DNA from: an uncultured Gammaproteobacteria bacterium
GTDB taxonomy: Bacteria; Pseudomonadota; Gammaproteobacteria; UBA9214
Direction of reading: 5' to 3'
Assembly (NCBI GenBank): GCA_963748215.1
Contig: CAVVHS010000006.1
Span: 736,001-800,000 of the forward strand
Length of the DNA: 64,000 nucleotides
The notes beneath the pieces were generated by a model that saw only the letters and a list, made by a program, of their open reading frames with translations, was not told the origin of the DNA and did no database searches. The position numbers and the translations under genes are program-made. This document shows positions 40,869-49,875 of the stretch, piece by piece (position 1 is the first letter of the stretch; each line of letters begins with the position of its first letter).

Positions 40869-42460
40869 GGCGCGCCATCACGGCCATGCGCCGGACCCGT
40901 CCCTGGTCAACGGCTGCGCTTGCCCTGTTGCTTGCCGGCACTGCCGCGGCCACGGCCCTCACGCCCCAGGAACAGCGCGGCAAGCAGATCTATATCCACG
41001 GCACCAGCGCCGCCGGCACGGCGATCACCGCGCACGTGGGCACGCAGGCGGTTGCATTGCCTGCAAGCGCGATACCCTGCGCCAGCTGCCATGGCCCCGA
41101 CGGACGCGGCCGCCCCGAAGGCGGTGTGAATCCGACCGACATCACCTGGCAGAACCTCATCAAACACTATGGCCACCGGCACGACTTCGGCCGCCAGCAC
41201 CCGGCTTTCGACACGGCTTCGCTGGCGGCCGCAATCACCCGGGGGATTGATCCGGCCGGCAACCGGCTGGATGCGGCCATGCCACTCTACAGCATGGAAC
41301 CGGATGACCTGGCTGCCCTGATCGCCTATCTGAAGTGCATCGAGACTGACAGCGACCGCGGCCTATCTGCAACAAACATCCGACTGGCCACGCAGCTTCC
41401 CCTGTCGGGTCGTCTGGCTGGACTGGGCGAGGCCATGCGTGCGGTCATGCTGGCCTATTTCGCGGACCTCAACGCGGCCGGTGGAATCCACGGCCGCCAC
41501 CTCGAACTCGTGGTCATCCCGTTCGGCGACTCGCCGCGCACGGCGCTGACCAATCTCGAGCAGGGTCTGGCCGAACAGGAAATCTTCGCCCTGATCGGCA
41601 GCTACAGCGTAGGCCTGGAAGACGAGACGACACGGCTGATGGAACAGCAAGCGCTGCCGCTGGTCGGCCCCTTTACCCTGCAGCCGCAGTCCGGAGCGGG
41701 CCTGGACCGCCACACCTTCTACCTGTATTCCGGGCAGGAACAACAGGTCCGGGTGCTGGTGGATCATGCGGGTGATACACAGGCAGCACAGGCGCCGCGC
41801 CTCGCCGTCGCAGGCCCCGACACGCCCACCCTCACCAGGCTTGGCCAGGTGATCACAGAGCAGGCACACCGTCACGGCTGGGACACGGTACAGACTTTCG
41901 GTTATCCGCCCGGCCAGCTGGTCCCGGCGCAGCTGGCCGCGGCACTGCGAGATACAGGGAATACCGCGCTGTTTTTCTTCGGCACCAGTGACGAGCTGAA
42001 TGCCTTACTCGTCACCCTGGGTGAATCAGACCAGCCACCGGCGGTTTATCTGCTCTCAAGCCTGGCGACGCCTGCCCTGCTCACCGCCCCGGCAGTGTTC
42101 GACCAGCGGATCTTTATCGCCTACCCGACACTGCCGCGTGACGTGACGGCGCGCGGCCAGCAGGAGTACAACGCACTCAGGCAAAAGTACGATCTGCCCG
42201 AGACGCACATCTCGGGACAGATCGCCGCCTACGCCGCCGCCAGAACGCTCGTCGAGGGTCTGAAACGCGCTGGCAGGGACCTGAGCCGGCAAGGGCTGGT
42301 CAGTGCGCTGGAAGGCCTGTACCGTTTCGACACCGGGCTCACCCCGCCGCTGACCTACAATGCGAATCGTCGCATCGGCGCACTGGGTGCCCATGTGGTC
42401 GCAGTGCAGCTCGAAGCCGGTCGCTACGCCCCGGTGGGTGCGTGGCAACCGCTCGATTGA
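40865..42460 (+). CDS. Cytochrome c fused to a periplasmic (Leu/Ile/Val-type) binding-protein domain
   Basis: CASCHGPDGRG heme motif and MP.Y distal Met; then PLSG...G...NAAGGIHGR.LELV and LVEGLKRAGRDLSR. Confidence 0.85.
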   Translation: MRRAITAMRRTRPWSTAALALLLAGTAAATALTPQEQRGKQIYIHGTSAAGTAITAHVGTQAVALPASAIPCASCHGPDGRGRPEGGVNPTDITWQNLIKHYGHRHDFGRQHPAFDTASLAAAITRGIDPAGNRLDAAMPLYSMEPDDLAALIAYLKCIETDSDRGLSATNIRLATQLPLSGRLAGLGEAMRAVMLAYFADLNAAGGIHGRHLELVVIPFGDSPRTALTNLEQGLAEQEIFALIGSYSVGLEDETTRLMEQQALPLVGPFTLQPQSGAGLDRHTFYLYSGQEQQVRVLVDHAGDTQAAQAPRLAVAGPDTPTLTRLGQVITEQAHRHGWDTVQTFGYPPGQLVPAQLAAALRDTGNTALFFFGTSDELNALLVTLGESDQPPAVYLLSSLATPALLTAPAVFDQRIFIAYPTLPRDVTARGQQEYNALRQKYDLPETHISGQIAAYAAARTLVEGLKRAGRDLSRQGLVSALEGLYRFDTGLTPPLTYNANRRIGALGAHVVAVQLEAGRYAPVGAWQPLD

Positions 42461-42566
42461 CCCGGCGCTCGCCGGCAGCTACTCCGGTGCGCCCTGGTGC
42501 GGTTGCTGCGAGCGTACTGCTCGTCACCGCGTACGCCCGCGCGCGGCGTAACGGATCGGTATACGC

Positions 42567-43445
42567 CTAGCCCGCGGGTCGCTCCAGATAGGCCTGCCAG
42601 AAGCGGGCGGCGCTATCGATGTTGCGCCATACCGGACTCTGTAACACCGCATCGTCGAACACCCGCGGCCATTGCGGCGGCTGGGGCTCGACCCGGGCAC
42701 GAATCGTGTGCATGTCCTTGAAGCCGTAGACGTAGTCATCCTCGAAGGTGACCTGCCGGACGTGTTCAAAGTCGTGCGCATACGTCGCATCACCAAGAAA
42801 GCGATAGATGCCCTCCAGCGTCGCCTGCGGCGCACGTGTCAGGGTGTCGTAATCAACGAAGTGCATGCGATCCTTCCAGCCGCGGGTAACGGCATCGCGA
42901 ATGGCGTTGTAGGCCCGGCCGACCGGCTGTGCATCGTCTGCGAACACCTCCACGCGACCCTGTGCCGTTTTGAATTTCAGGGCGGTGGCCGCTTCCTGCG
43001 GCAACTGCCCCAGCGCGGAGGTCTTGCGGTAGATCTGCTCGAATGACGCCAGCACATCGCGCAAGTCCCGTACCGTGACCAGGACCTTGACCCGCTCCCT
43101 GCCACCCACCAGCACCGCCGCCATCTCCAGGAATTCCGCCCAGTAACGGTTCTTGTCGATGCACAGCGGCTGGCTGACGTGCGCGAAGTATGCCTGCAGC
43201 ATCGCCCGCAGCACCCGTTCCTTAACCTGTTCGCTCAGGCCGTGTGCCATCGCCTGGAAGGCATCGTTACGGTCCCAGCCATTGCGCACCGTCACCAGCA
43301 TGTCGACAATGCCCGACGTCGGGGTCACGTGCACGCGGGGATTTTGTGCCAGGATGTTCGCCAGCAGCGTCGAGCCACTGCGTGGCAACCCGGCGAGAAA
43401 GTAGATGGTCTTGTCGCTTGCCACGGTGCCGTCCCTCGCTACCAT
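42567..43445 (-). CDS. Sulfotransferase family protein
   Basis: PAPS-binding loop AGLPRSGSTLLANILAQNP; DKNR; VRDLRDVLASF; V.YD.L...P...L..IY.FLG. Confidence 0.9.
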   Translation of the reverse strand: MVARDGTVASDKTIYFLAGLPRSGSTLLANILAQNPRVHVTPTSGIVDMLVTVRNGWDRNDAFQAMAHGLSEQVKERVLRAMLQAYFAHVSQPLCIDKNRYWAEFLEMAAVLVGGRERVKVLVTVRDLRDVLASFEQIYRKTSALGQLPQEAATALKFKTAQGRVEVFADDAQPVGRAYNAIRDAVTRGWKDRMHFVDYDTLTRAPQATLEGIYRFLGDATYAHDFEHVRQVTFEDDYVYGFKDMHTIRARVEPQPPQWPRVFDDAVLQSPVWRNIDSAARFWQAYLERPAG

Positions 43446-45442
43446 TTGTTAAGCAGGCGTGCCCTGCCAGCCTCTGCACACCGTGCCTGTCCTGTTAGTC
43501 CGCTGTGGTCATTGCCCGGATGCGCAGAGGCTGATCGCGCAGTGGCGGGCTTGCGGCGCGCGACGACCGCCATACCCGCGAGGCCGCCGAGGAACAACCA
43601 GACACTTGCGGGCAAAGGCACCGGCGCCGCCGTAAAGCTCAGTTGCAGGTCCCATTCAGGGGTGAGCAGCACCTCGAAGTCCAGCCCCACCCCCGGGTCC
43701 AGGTCCGGAAAGCTGAAGAAAATATTGTCAAAGCCGCCCACATGCTGTGCGAACAGGAAGTCGACACGCTCACCGATGCCGGGCTGGTAGCCGTTCAGGC
43801 TGAACATGATCTGACTGTTCGGCCCGAAGTCGATGTCGCCCAGAATATCAACGCTGTCGAAGTCGAACAGACCCAGCTCAAAGCTCATCGAGCCGTCAAA
43901 GTCGACGTTGCCACCAAAGGTCAGCGTTCCGAAAATACCGCTCGCACCGCTCGCCGCGCTGTCTCCCGGATTGACACTCACCAGGGCATCGATCGTTACC
44001 GGCTGGGCAGTCGATGTAATCACCCCCGTGCCCGTCAGGCTGCCGCCACTGAGCGCGACCGCCGCCTGGGTGAGACTGCCGTCGACCCGCGTGCTGCCCG
44101 CACCCTGTGTGAAACTGCCGGTGCCGGTGACGGTGCCGGTTGCGGCCACTTCGAAGATACCGCTGTTATTCAGGCTGCCGGCATTGTTCAGGCTGCCGCC
44201 ATTGACCAGTACAGCACCCGGGTTGTTGGTCAGGGTGGCGGCGAGACTGTTCCTCAGCGCGGCACCCGGGCCGCTGGTCAGGGTCGCACCGGACTGATTG
44301 GTCAGGGTGACATAATTGTTCAGGTCCCGGTTGTTGACCAGGGAACCTGCATTGGCCAGGGAACCGTAATTGACCAGTGCACCGTGATTGGTGACCGCGC
44401 CCGTGTTGGTCACGGTATCGAGATTCGCCAGGCTGGCGCCGGCGCTGTTGTTGAATGAACCCGCGTTTTGCAAGTTACCGTAATTATTCAGACGCAAGCC
44501 ATTGGTCAGGGTGCCGCCTGACTCGTTAAGAAGCGTCCCGCCGTTGTACATGCTCTGTGTGGTCAACACACCGGCATTGGCGAGTGTCCCATAATTGGTC
44601 AGGTAGCCGCTGCTGGTCAGGCTGCCGCCGGACAGGTTGGCCAGGGTGGCGCCGGCCTCGTTAACCAGTGCGTCACTACTGATCAAGTCGCCGCTGTTAG
44701 ACAGGTTACCGTAGTTATACAGGCGATAACTGTTGGACAGGGTACCACCGGACTGGTTGATCAGGGTGGCACCGGCCTCGTTGAAAAAAGCGCCGCTGTT
44801 GTTCAGCCCACCCGCGTTGGTGAGCCTGCCGTAATTGCTCAGATAGTTACTGTTCGACAGCGTCGCACTGGACTGGTTGGCCAGTGTGGCACCGTACGCG
44901 TTAACCAGCTTGACATTGTTAGTCAGCAAGCCCGCGTTGGTCAGTGTGCCCGCATTGGCAAACAGGTAGTTGTTCGTGACGCTGCCGCCGGAGCGATTCG
45001 TCAACATACCTCCTGCCAGGTTATACAGCGCACCGGAATTTTTCAGCAGGCCATCGTTGCTGAAGGCCCCGCTGTTATTCGTGGTGCCGCCGGACTGGTT
45101 GCTCAGTGTCGCACCCGTCTGGTTGCCGAGGTTGCCGGCATTGTTCAGCAGGCCGGCGTTATCGAGGCTGCCAGTGTTCGCAAGATCGCCAGTGGTCTGG
45201 ATGTCAAGCTGACCACCGGCAGTGATCAGGCACGCAACATTGGTATCCAGTGTGTCAAGACTCACCTGGCCGGTGATAGGACAATCGAGCTGTGCCTGGA
45301 CGATCGGACTGACGAGCACCCCGGCGCCGAGCGCCAGCGTCAGCCTGATGGCCCGGTCGAGATGACGAAGCCGAAACACCGGCTCGCAGTGCCCTTTATG
45401 CTTTTGCTTGTCACTGGTATTGCTGAGCACGCTGAGACCCAA
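43439..45442 (-). CDS. Repetitive Asn/Gly-rich beta-helix-like surface protein with VPLPA-CTERM (start uncertain)
   Basis: Signal segment ending VQA; many G.L.N.G.L.N repeats; PVPLPASVWLFLGGLAGMAVVARRK. Confidence 0.82.
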   Translation of the reverse strand: MGLSVLSNTSDKQKHKGHCEPVFRLRHLDRAIRLTLALGAGVLVSPIVQAQLDCPITGQVSLDTLDTNVACLITAGGQLDIQTTGDLANTGSLDNAGLLNNAGNLGNQTGATLSNQSGGTTNNSGAFSNDGLLKNSGALYNLAGGMLTNRSGGSVTNNYLFANAGTLTNAGLLTNNVKLVNAYGATLANQSSATLSNSNYLSNYGRLTNAGGLNNSGAFFNEAGATLINQSGGTLSNSYRLYNYGNLSNSGDLISSDALVNEAGATLANLSGGSLTSSGYLTNYGTLANAGVLTTQSMYNGGTLLNESGGTLTNGLRLNNYGNLQNAGSFNNSAGASLANLDTVTNTGAVTNHGALVNYGSLANAGSLVNNRDLNNYVTLTNQSGATLTSGPGAALRNSLAATLTNNPGAVLVNGGSLNNAGSLNNSGIFEVAATGTVTGTGSFTQGAGSTRVDGSLTQAAVALSGGSLTGTGVITSTAQPVTIDALVSVNPGDSAASGASGIFGTLTFGGNVDFDGSMSFELGLFDFDSVDILGDIDFGPNSQIMFSLNGYQPGIGERVDFLFAQHVGGFDNIFFSFPDLDPGVGLDFEVLLTPEWDLQLSFTAAPVPLPASVWLFLGGLAGMAVVARRKPATARSASAHPGNDHSGLTGQARCAEAGRARLLNKW

Positions 45443-46042
45443 CCTGAAACGTCTTGTTATAGTTATCGAGTGGCCTGAACGGTAACCACCCTGTTGTCCG
45501 GAGCTTCCGGGTCGGAAGGTCTGAGGACTTCTATATTACTTGTACTTTTATTATCTGCTTGATTAATGTCTTCTAACGAATATTGCATACCCCCTTCATT
45601 GACATCAAGACTATTTTTCAGTTGGCGGTAACGCCCGCGCGAGGCGCGGGGCAAGTTACACACAGCGCTGCCTGTGCTGAGTGTTTGACCAGGCAACGGG
45701 GGCGTCTATTGTCTTGCCCTGCCCGGTGTAAGGAATAGTGCCGTACATTAATCTATGCCTGCCACTCAGGTAAGCCTGCGGTAGCGATTCGTCAGGTACA
45801 TCCAGATGATCAATAGACCTTTATGCGTTGATTCAGCATGAGGTAGCAATTGATTTGTTGGAAATATTTACAAGCGTAGTTCCTGGCCTAATTTGTTACT
45901 GACTGATTATTAAGAAAATAATGAAACCGTCTGCCGAATTATCCTCGCGATACGTCACAATTTTTTACAATCTTTCTGCTCGCGCACCATCTGCAACACC
46001 AGAATGACACTATCGTATTGATAATTAAGTTGAATATATTTT

Positions 46043-46058
46043 TGGCGTAGTATTTGCT
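46043..46058 (+). promoter_or_regulatory. sigma54 -24/-12 promoter (distal)
   Basis: TGGCGT-AGTAT-TTGCT. Confidence 0.65.
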
Positions 46059-46457
46059 TGCAAACAGACCGGCCGCGTTATACAAGCGACTTCAATGGAA
46101 GTTTGTCGCCAATTGGGTACAGAATGCGCATAAACAGCTGCGCGTACCCATCGAGCTACAGGCCTTGAAACTTATTTTAGTGCCAGTACTGGCCATTTAC
46201 GTATTTAGAGAACTAACAATGAGTTCCCGGCGAAACATAAAAACAACACGAGAGAAGCTGTCCGATTTCATCAGCAAAGCAAGCTATTGGCTGTGCCAGA
46301 TATGACATTTCTGTCTGCGACAATCTGCCACATTCGTCAATCATGACATGATTTACAGGCTGGACAAAACCACAGGCAACAGAATTTTGACAATAATTCA
46401 TTTATAACCATCTGTTAACTATGTATTTACTTCTTTACCACAATGATGACACAAAAT

Positions 46458-46473
46458 TGGCATTGAAATTGCT
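46458..46473 (+). promoter_or_regulatory. sigma54 -24/-12 promoter (proximal) for the CotA-like oxidase
   Basis: TGGCAT-TGAAA-TTGCT. Confidence 0.75.
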
Positions 46474-46731
46474 TTTACCACTCACAGGTCGTTCTCAGCG
46501 TGTGACTTTGTCACAAAACGGAAAGAAAAAAGTAACAGAGCAAGAAATTGAAATTATCGTTCAACAAGCAATCTCATAACGACTTTACGGTGACTATACG
46601 CAGCATTAAATCAGATAACAGACTGCCGGCCAGAGGGACAGCCAACACGCAGTTTTATGCATGGGATTATTGCTTTAACTAATCAATAAGGTTCAAACGT
46701 CAACTGCAGTTCAGGGGAGAGGAGACTACCG

Positions 46732-49656
46732 ATGTCAAGAAAAATCAAGAGAGACGGGTCGTCAGGCGAACTAGCCAAATCGACCATCACATCATCAGCG
46801 CGCAGGTACTCGGCACCTATACAGATTGCTGCCGGCATTCTGTTTACTTTGACCAGCACCTGTGCCTTCGCTGTCGATACCGACGGGGATGGCGTTGATG
46901 ACAACCTGGATAACTGCATCACCCGGGCGAATCCCGGTCAGCAGGATACCAACGGCGATGGTTTCGGCAACGCCTGCGATGCGGATTTTAACAACAACGG
47001 CATCGTAGACCCGACCGATTTCACTGCAGTCAAGGCCGCCATCGGGACGGTCAATCCGGACTTGGACCTGAATGGCAACGGTATCGTCGATCCGACCGAT
47101 TTCACCCTGACCAAGTCGTTGATCGGCACAAACCCCGGGCCCTCCTGTACCGGCCTGTTCTTTGGCTGCGTGGCACCGCTGGACCCGCTCGCAATTCCCA
47201 AGTACGTGTTGCCGCTGGTCATCCCGCCGGCAATGAACCCCGTTGGCGGAGCCGGAGGCGCAGCTGATAACTACGAAATCGCCGTCAAGCAGTTCCAGCA
47301 GCAGATCCTGCCGGGCGGACACTGGAACGCGGTATCGGCGAAATGTGCGGCAACTCCAGGGCTCTGCGACTTCCCTGCCACCACGGTGTGGAGCTATGGT
47401 CCGGCCGCGGATCCGCTGCCCGACTCCTCGGGCATTCCGGGCGGTGCAGTCGGACTGGCCCCAGCGCCAAACTCCCAGTACAACTACCCGGCCTATACCA
47501 TCGAAACCTCTAACGGTGGACGGAATCCGGATGGGACCTATATCGCCAACCCCGTCAGCATCACCTGGATCAACGGCCTCAAGGAAAACTTCGGCGCGGG
47601 GCCTAATTTCCTGCAACACCTGCTGCCGGTCGATCAGACCCTGCACTGGGCCAATCCGAAGGCAGACTGTATCGCCGGCTCACCGCGCACCGACTGTATG
47701 GGCAAGAATCCCGACTATTACACGGGCCCGGTGCCGATTATCACGCACGTACACGGCGGCCACACCAATCCCCAGTCGGATGGCTACGCGGAAGCCTGGT
47801 ACCTGCCCGACCCGACCGGGAGCAACTTCAACTGCACCAACAACCCGAGTGTGGCGAGCAATCCCCAGAATCCCAACACCTACGTGTGCGGTGGCAGTCT
47901 GATCAACCAGCTCGGTGCAATCACCAACCCGGCGCCCAATGCCGCCGGCTTTGCCAACTTCACCTACAATAATGATCAGCCCTCGACCACCATCTGGTAT
48001 CACGATCATTCCCTGGGCATGACCCGCAGCAACGTGTACGCGGGCCCGGCCGGCTTCTTCCTGATCCGGCAGCCGAGTGGCGGTGAGGACGGCGTGGTGG
48101 CCGGTGTATTGCCCGGACCGGCGCCGGTCAGAGGCGACGGCGTGCTGGAGCTGAATATCCCGGGTGACCCGCTCAGAAGCAGCATCCGCGAAACACCGAT
48201 CGCGATTCAGGACCGCTCCTTCAATGCGAACGGCTCCCTGTTCTATCCGGCGGACCGGGCCTTCTTCGAAGGTCTGGGGGACGGCTTTGGTAATATCCAG
48301 AACCAGTTCAATGGTAACGCGGCGGCGGGTCTGAACGTTGACTTCATCCCCAGCCCGACGTCCGACATGCCACCGATCTGGAACCCTGAAGCCTTCTTCA
48401 ACACCATGGTGGTCAATGGGTCGACCTGGCCCGAACTGCAGGTGGCACCAGCCGAGTACCGCTTCCGTCTGCTGAACGGCTGTAACTCCCGCTTCATTAA
48501 CCTGGCGCTGATCATCACGGATCCGGTTACGGGTGCGCAGACCACGGTCAACCGCACGGTGTGGGACGACACGACGGCACCACCGACCCAGGGCACGGTA
48601 CCCGTCAATGAGCTCAGCTTCTTCCAGATCGGTACCGAGCAGAGCGTATTGCCTCAGGTGGTCAAGGTGGAAACCGGTGCCGCGACCCCGCTGCTGGGTG
48701 ATGGCACCATACCGCCCGCTGTGCCGGCACCCGCTCCCCAGCAGGCACTGCTGATGGGGCTGGCCGAGCGCGCCGATGTGATCGTGGACTTCCGCGGTCT
48801 GCCCGACGGTACCGTGGTACGCATGATCAATACCGGACCGGATGAGCCGTTTGGCGGTTTCGACCCGGCCAGCGTCCCGGCCGATCCGGACACCACCGGA
48901 CAGGTGATGCAGTTCGTGGTGAACAACTCGCTGCTGGGCTCCTCGCCTACCGACGAGCTACGCGCACCGGACGGTACCCTGCAGAACCCGCTCACCCGCG
49001 CCACACCCCCGGAATCTCTGGTGCTGGGCCCGGCCGACATTGCGCTGCCTAACACCCAGATCCTGCGCCGACTCGCCCTGCTCGAGGAAGAGTCCGCACT
49101 GGTGTGTGTGACGATCGACGCCGTGACCGGTGAAATCACCCAGATACCCGGGGATATTCCTCCCTGTGTGACGGCGGAAGCCGAGCCCTTCGGACCGCTG
49201 GCTGCGGTACTGGGCACAGTGAATCAGGGCGGCGTACCGACCGTGCAGCTGTGGTCTGATCCGATGACGACCAACCCGGCGCTGGGTGCCACGGAAGCCT
49301 GGGAATTCCAGAACTTCTCGGCTGATGCCCATCCCGTCCACATACACCTGGTCAAGTTCAATGTGCTCGGGCGTCAGGCACTGGGTGGCGGACCCTCGGT
49401 CGGCGGTGATCCGGTGACCGGTATCAACCCCTGGGAGAACGGCTGGAAAGACACCGTCATTTCCTACCCCGGCGAGTCCACCACCGTCGCCTCCACCTTC
49501 GATATCCCGGGCCTTTACGTCTGGCACTGCCATATCGTCGAGCACGAGGACAACGAGATGATGGTGCCCTACTGTGTGGGTAACGCGAACTGCGGTGGTC
49601 TTCCGCTCCCGGCAGCGGCCACACAAGCCGCGTTTACCACCGGGCTCACTCAATAA
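46732..49656 (+). CDS. CotA/bilirubin-oxidase/MofA-like multicopper oxidase with N-terminal TSP3/dockerin-like module
   Basis: RBS GGAGAGGAG; signal ending AFA; LDPLAIPKYV.PL; Cu motifs THVHGGH, WYHDH, HPVHIH, WHCHIVEHEDNEMM; reading frame intact. Confidence 0.92.
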   Translation: MSRKIKRDGSSGELAKSTITSSARRYSAPIQIAAGILFTLTSTCAFAVDTDGDGVDDNLDNCITRANPGQQDTNGDGFGNACDADFNNNGIVDPTDFTAVKAAIGTVNPDLDLNGNGIVDPTDFTLTKSLIGTNPGPSCTGLFFGCVAPLDPLAIPKYVLPLVIPPAMNPVGGAGGAADNYEIAVKQFQQQILPGGHWNAVSAKCAATPGLCDFPATTVWSYGPAADPLPDSSGIPGGAVGLAPAPNSQYNYPAYTIETSNGGRNPDGTYIANPVSITWINGLKENFGAGPNFLQHLLPVDQTLHWANPKADCIAGSPRTDCMGKNPDYYTGPVPIITHVHGGHTNPQSDGYAEAWYLPDPTGSNFNCTNNPSVASNPQNPNTYVCGGSLINQLGAITNPAPNAAGFANFTYNNDQPSTTIWYHDHSLGMTRSNVYAGPAGFFLIRQPSGGEDGVVAGVLPGPAPVRGDGVLELNIPGDPLRSSIRETPIAIQDRSFNANGSLFYPADRAFFEGLGDGFGNIQNQFNGNAAAGLNVDFIPSPTSDMPPIWNPEAFFNTMVVNGSTWPELQVAPAEYRFRLLNGCNSRFINLALIITDPVTGAQTTVNRTVWDDTTAPPTQGTVPVNELSFFQIGTEQSVLPQVVKVETGAATPLLGDGTIPPAVPAPAPQQALLMGLAERADVIVDFRGLPDGTVVRMINTGPDEPFGGFDPASVPADPDTTGQVMQFVVNNSLLGSSPTDELRAPDGTLQNPLTRATPPESLVLGPADIALPNTQILRRLALLEEESALVCVTIDAVTGEITQIPGDIPPCVTAEAEPFGPLAAVLGTVNQGGVPTVQLWSDPMTTNPALGATEAWEFQNFSADAHPVHIHLVKFNVLGRQALGGGPSVGGDPVTGINPWENGWKDTVISYPGESTTVASTFDIPGLYVWHCHIVEHEDNEMMVPYCVGNANCGGLPLPAAATQAAFTTGLTQ
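46876..47145 (+). repeat. TSP3 + dockerin-like module, copy 7 (N-terminal)
   Basis: DTDGDGVDDNLDNC...CDADFNNNGIVDPTDFTAVKAAIG...DLNGNGIVDPTDFTLTKSLIGTNPGPS. Confidence 0.85.
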
Positions 49657-49686
49657 ACCAGGGGTAGTTTTTTACCCGCAAAGACT

Positions 49687-49713
49687 GGGCCGCCTTCGGG
49701 CGGCCCTTTTCTT
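49687..49713 (+). terminator. Intrinsic terminator
   Basis: GGGCCGCC-TTCG-GGCGGCCC followed by TTTTCTT. Confidence 0.85.
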
Positions 49714-49875
49714 GCCAGAGGGTGTCCGCGGCTGTTATGTTTTTTAATGCCGGAACGGTAAATGCCCGCCGCGTGGCCGGCATCATCATCTGATGAGGCA
49801 ACCGCTGCGCCAGCAATCCCCCGGCATCTGCGGTTCACTACAACCAGTAATACACCTTCGGGAGAAGACTGCACT

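Noticed and set aside
5076-49656. A true carbohydrate-degrading cellulosome
   Set aside because: No glycoside hydrolase or recognisable cohesin is present; the identifiable tagged enzymes are Cu or heme redox proteins.
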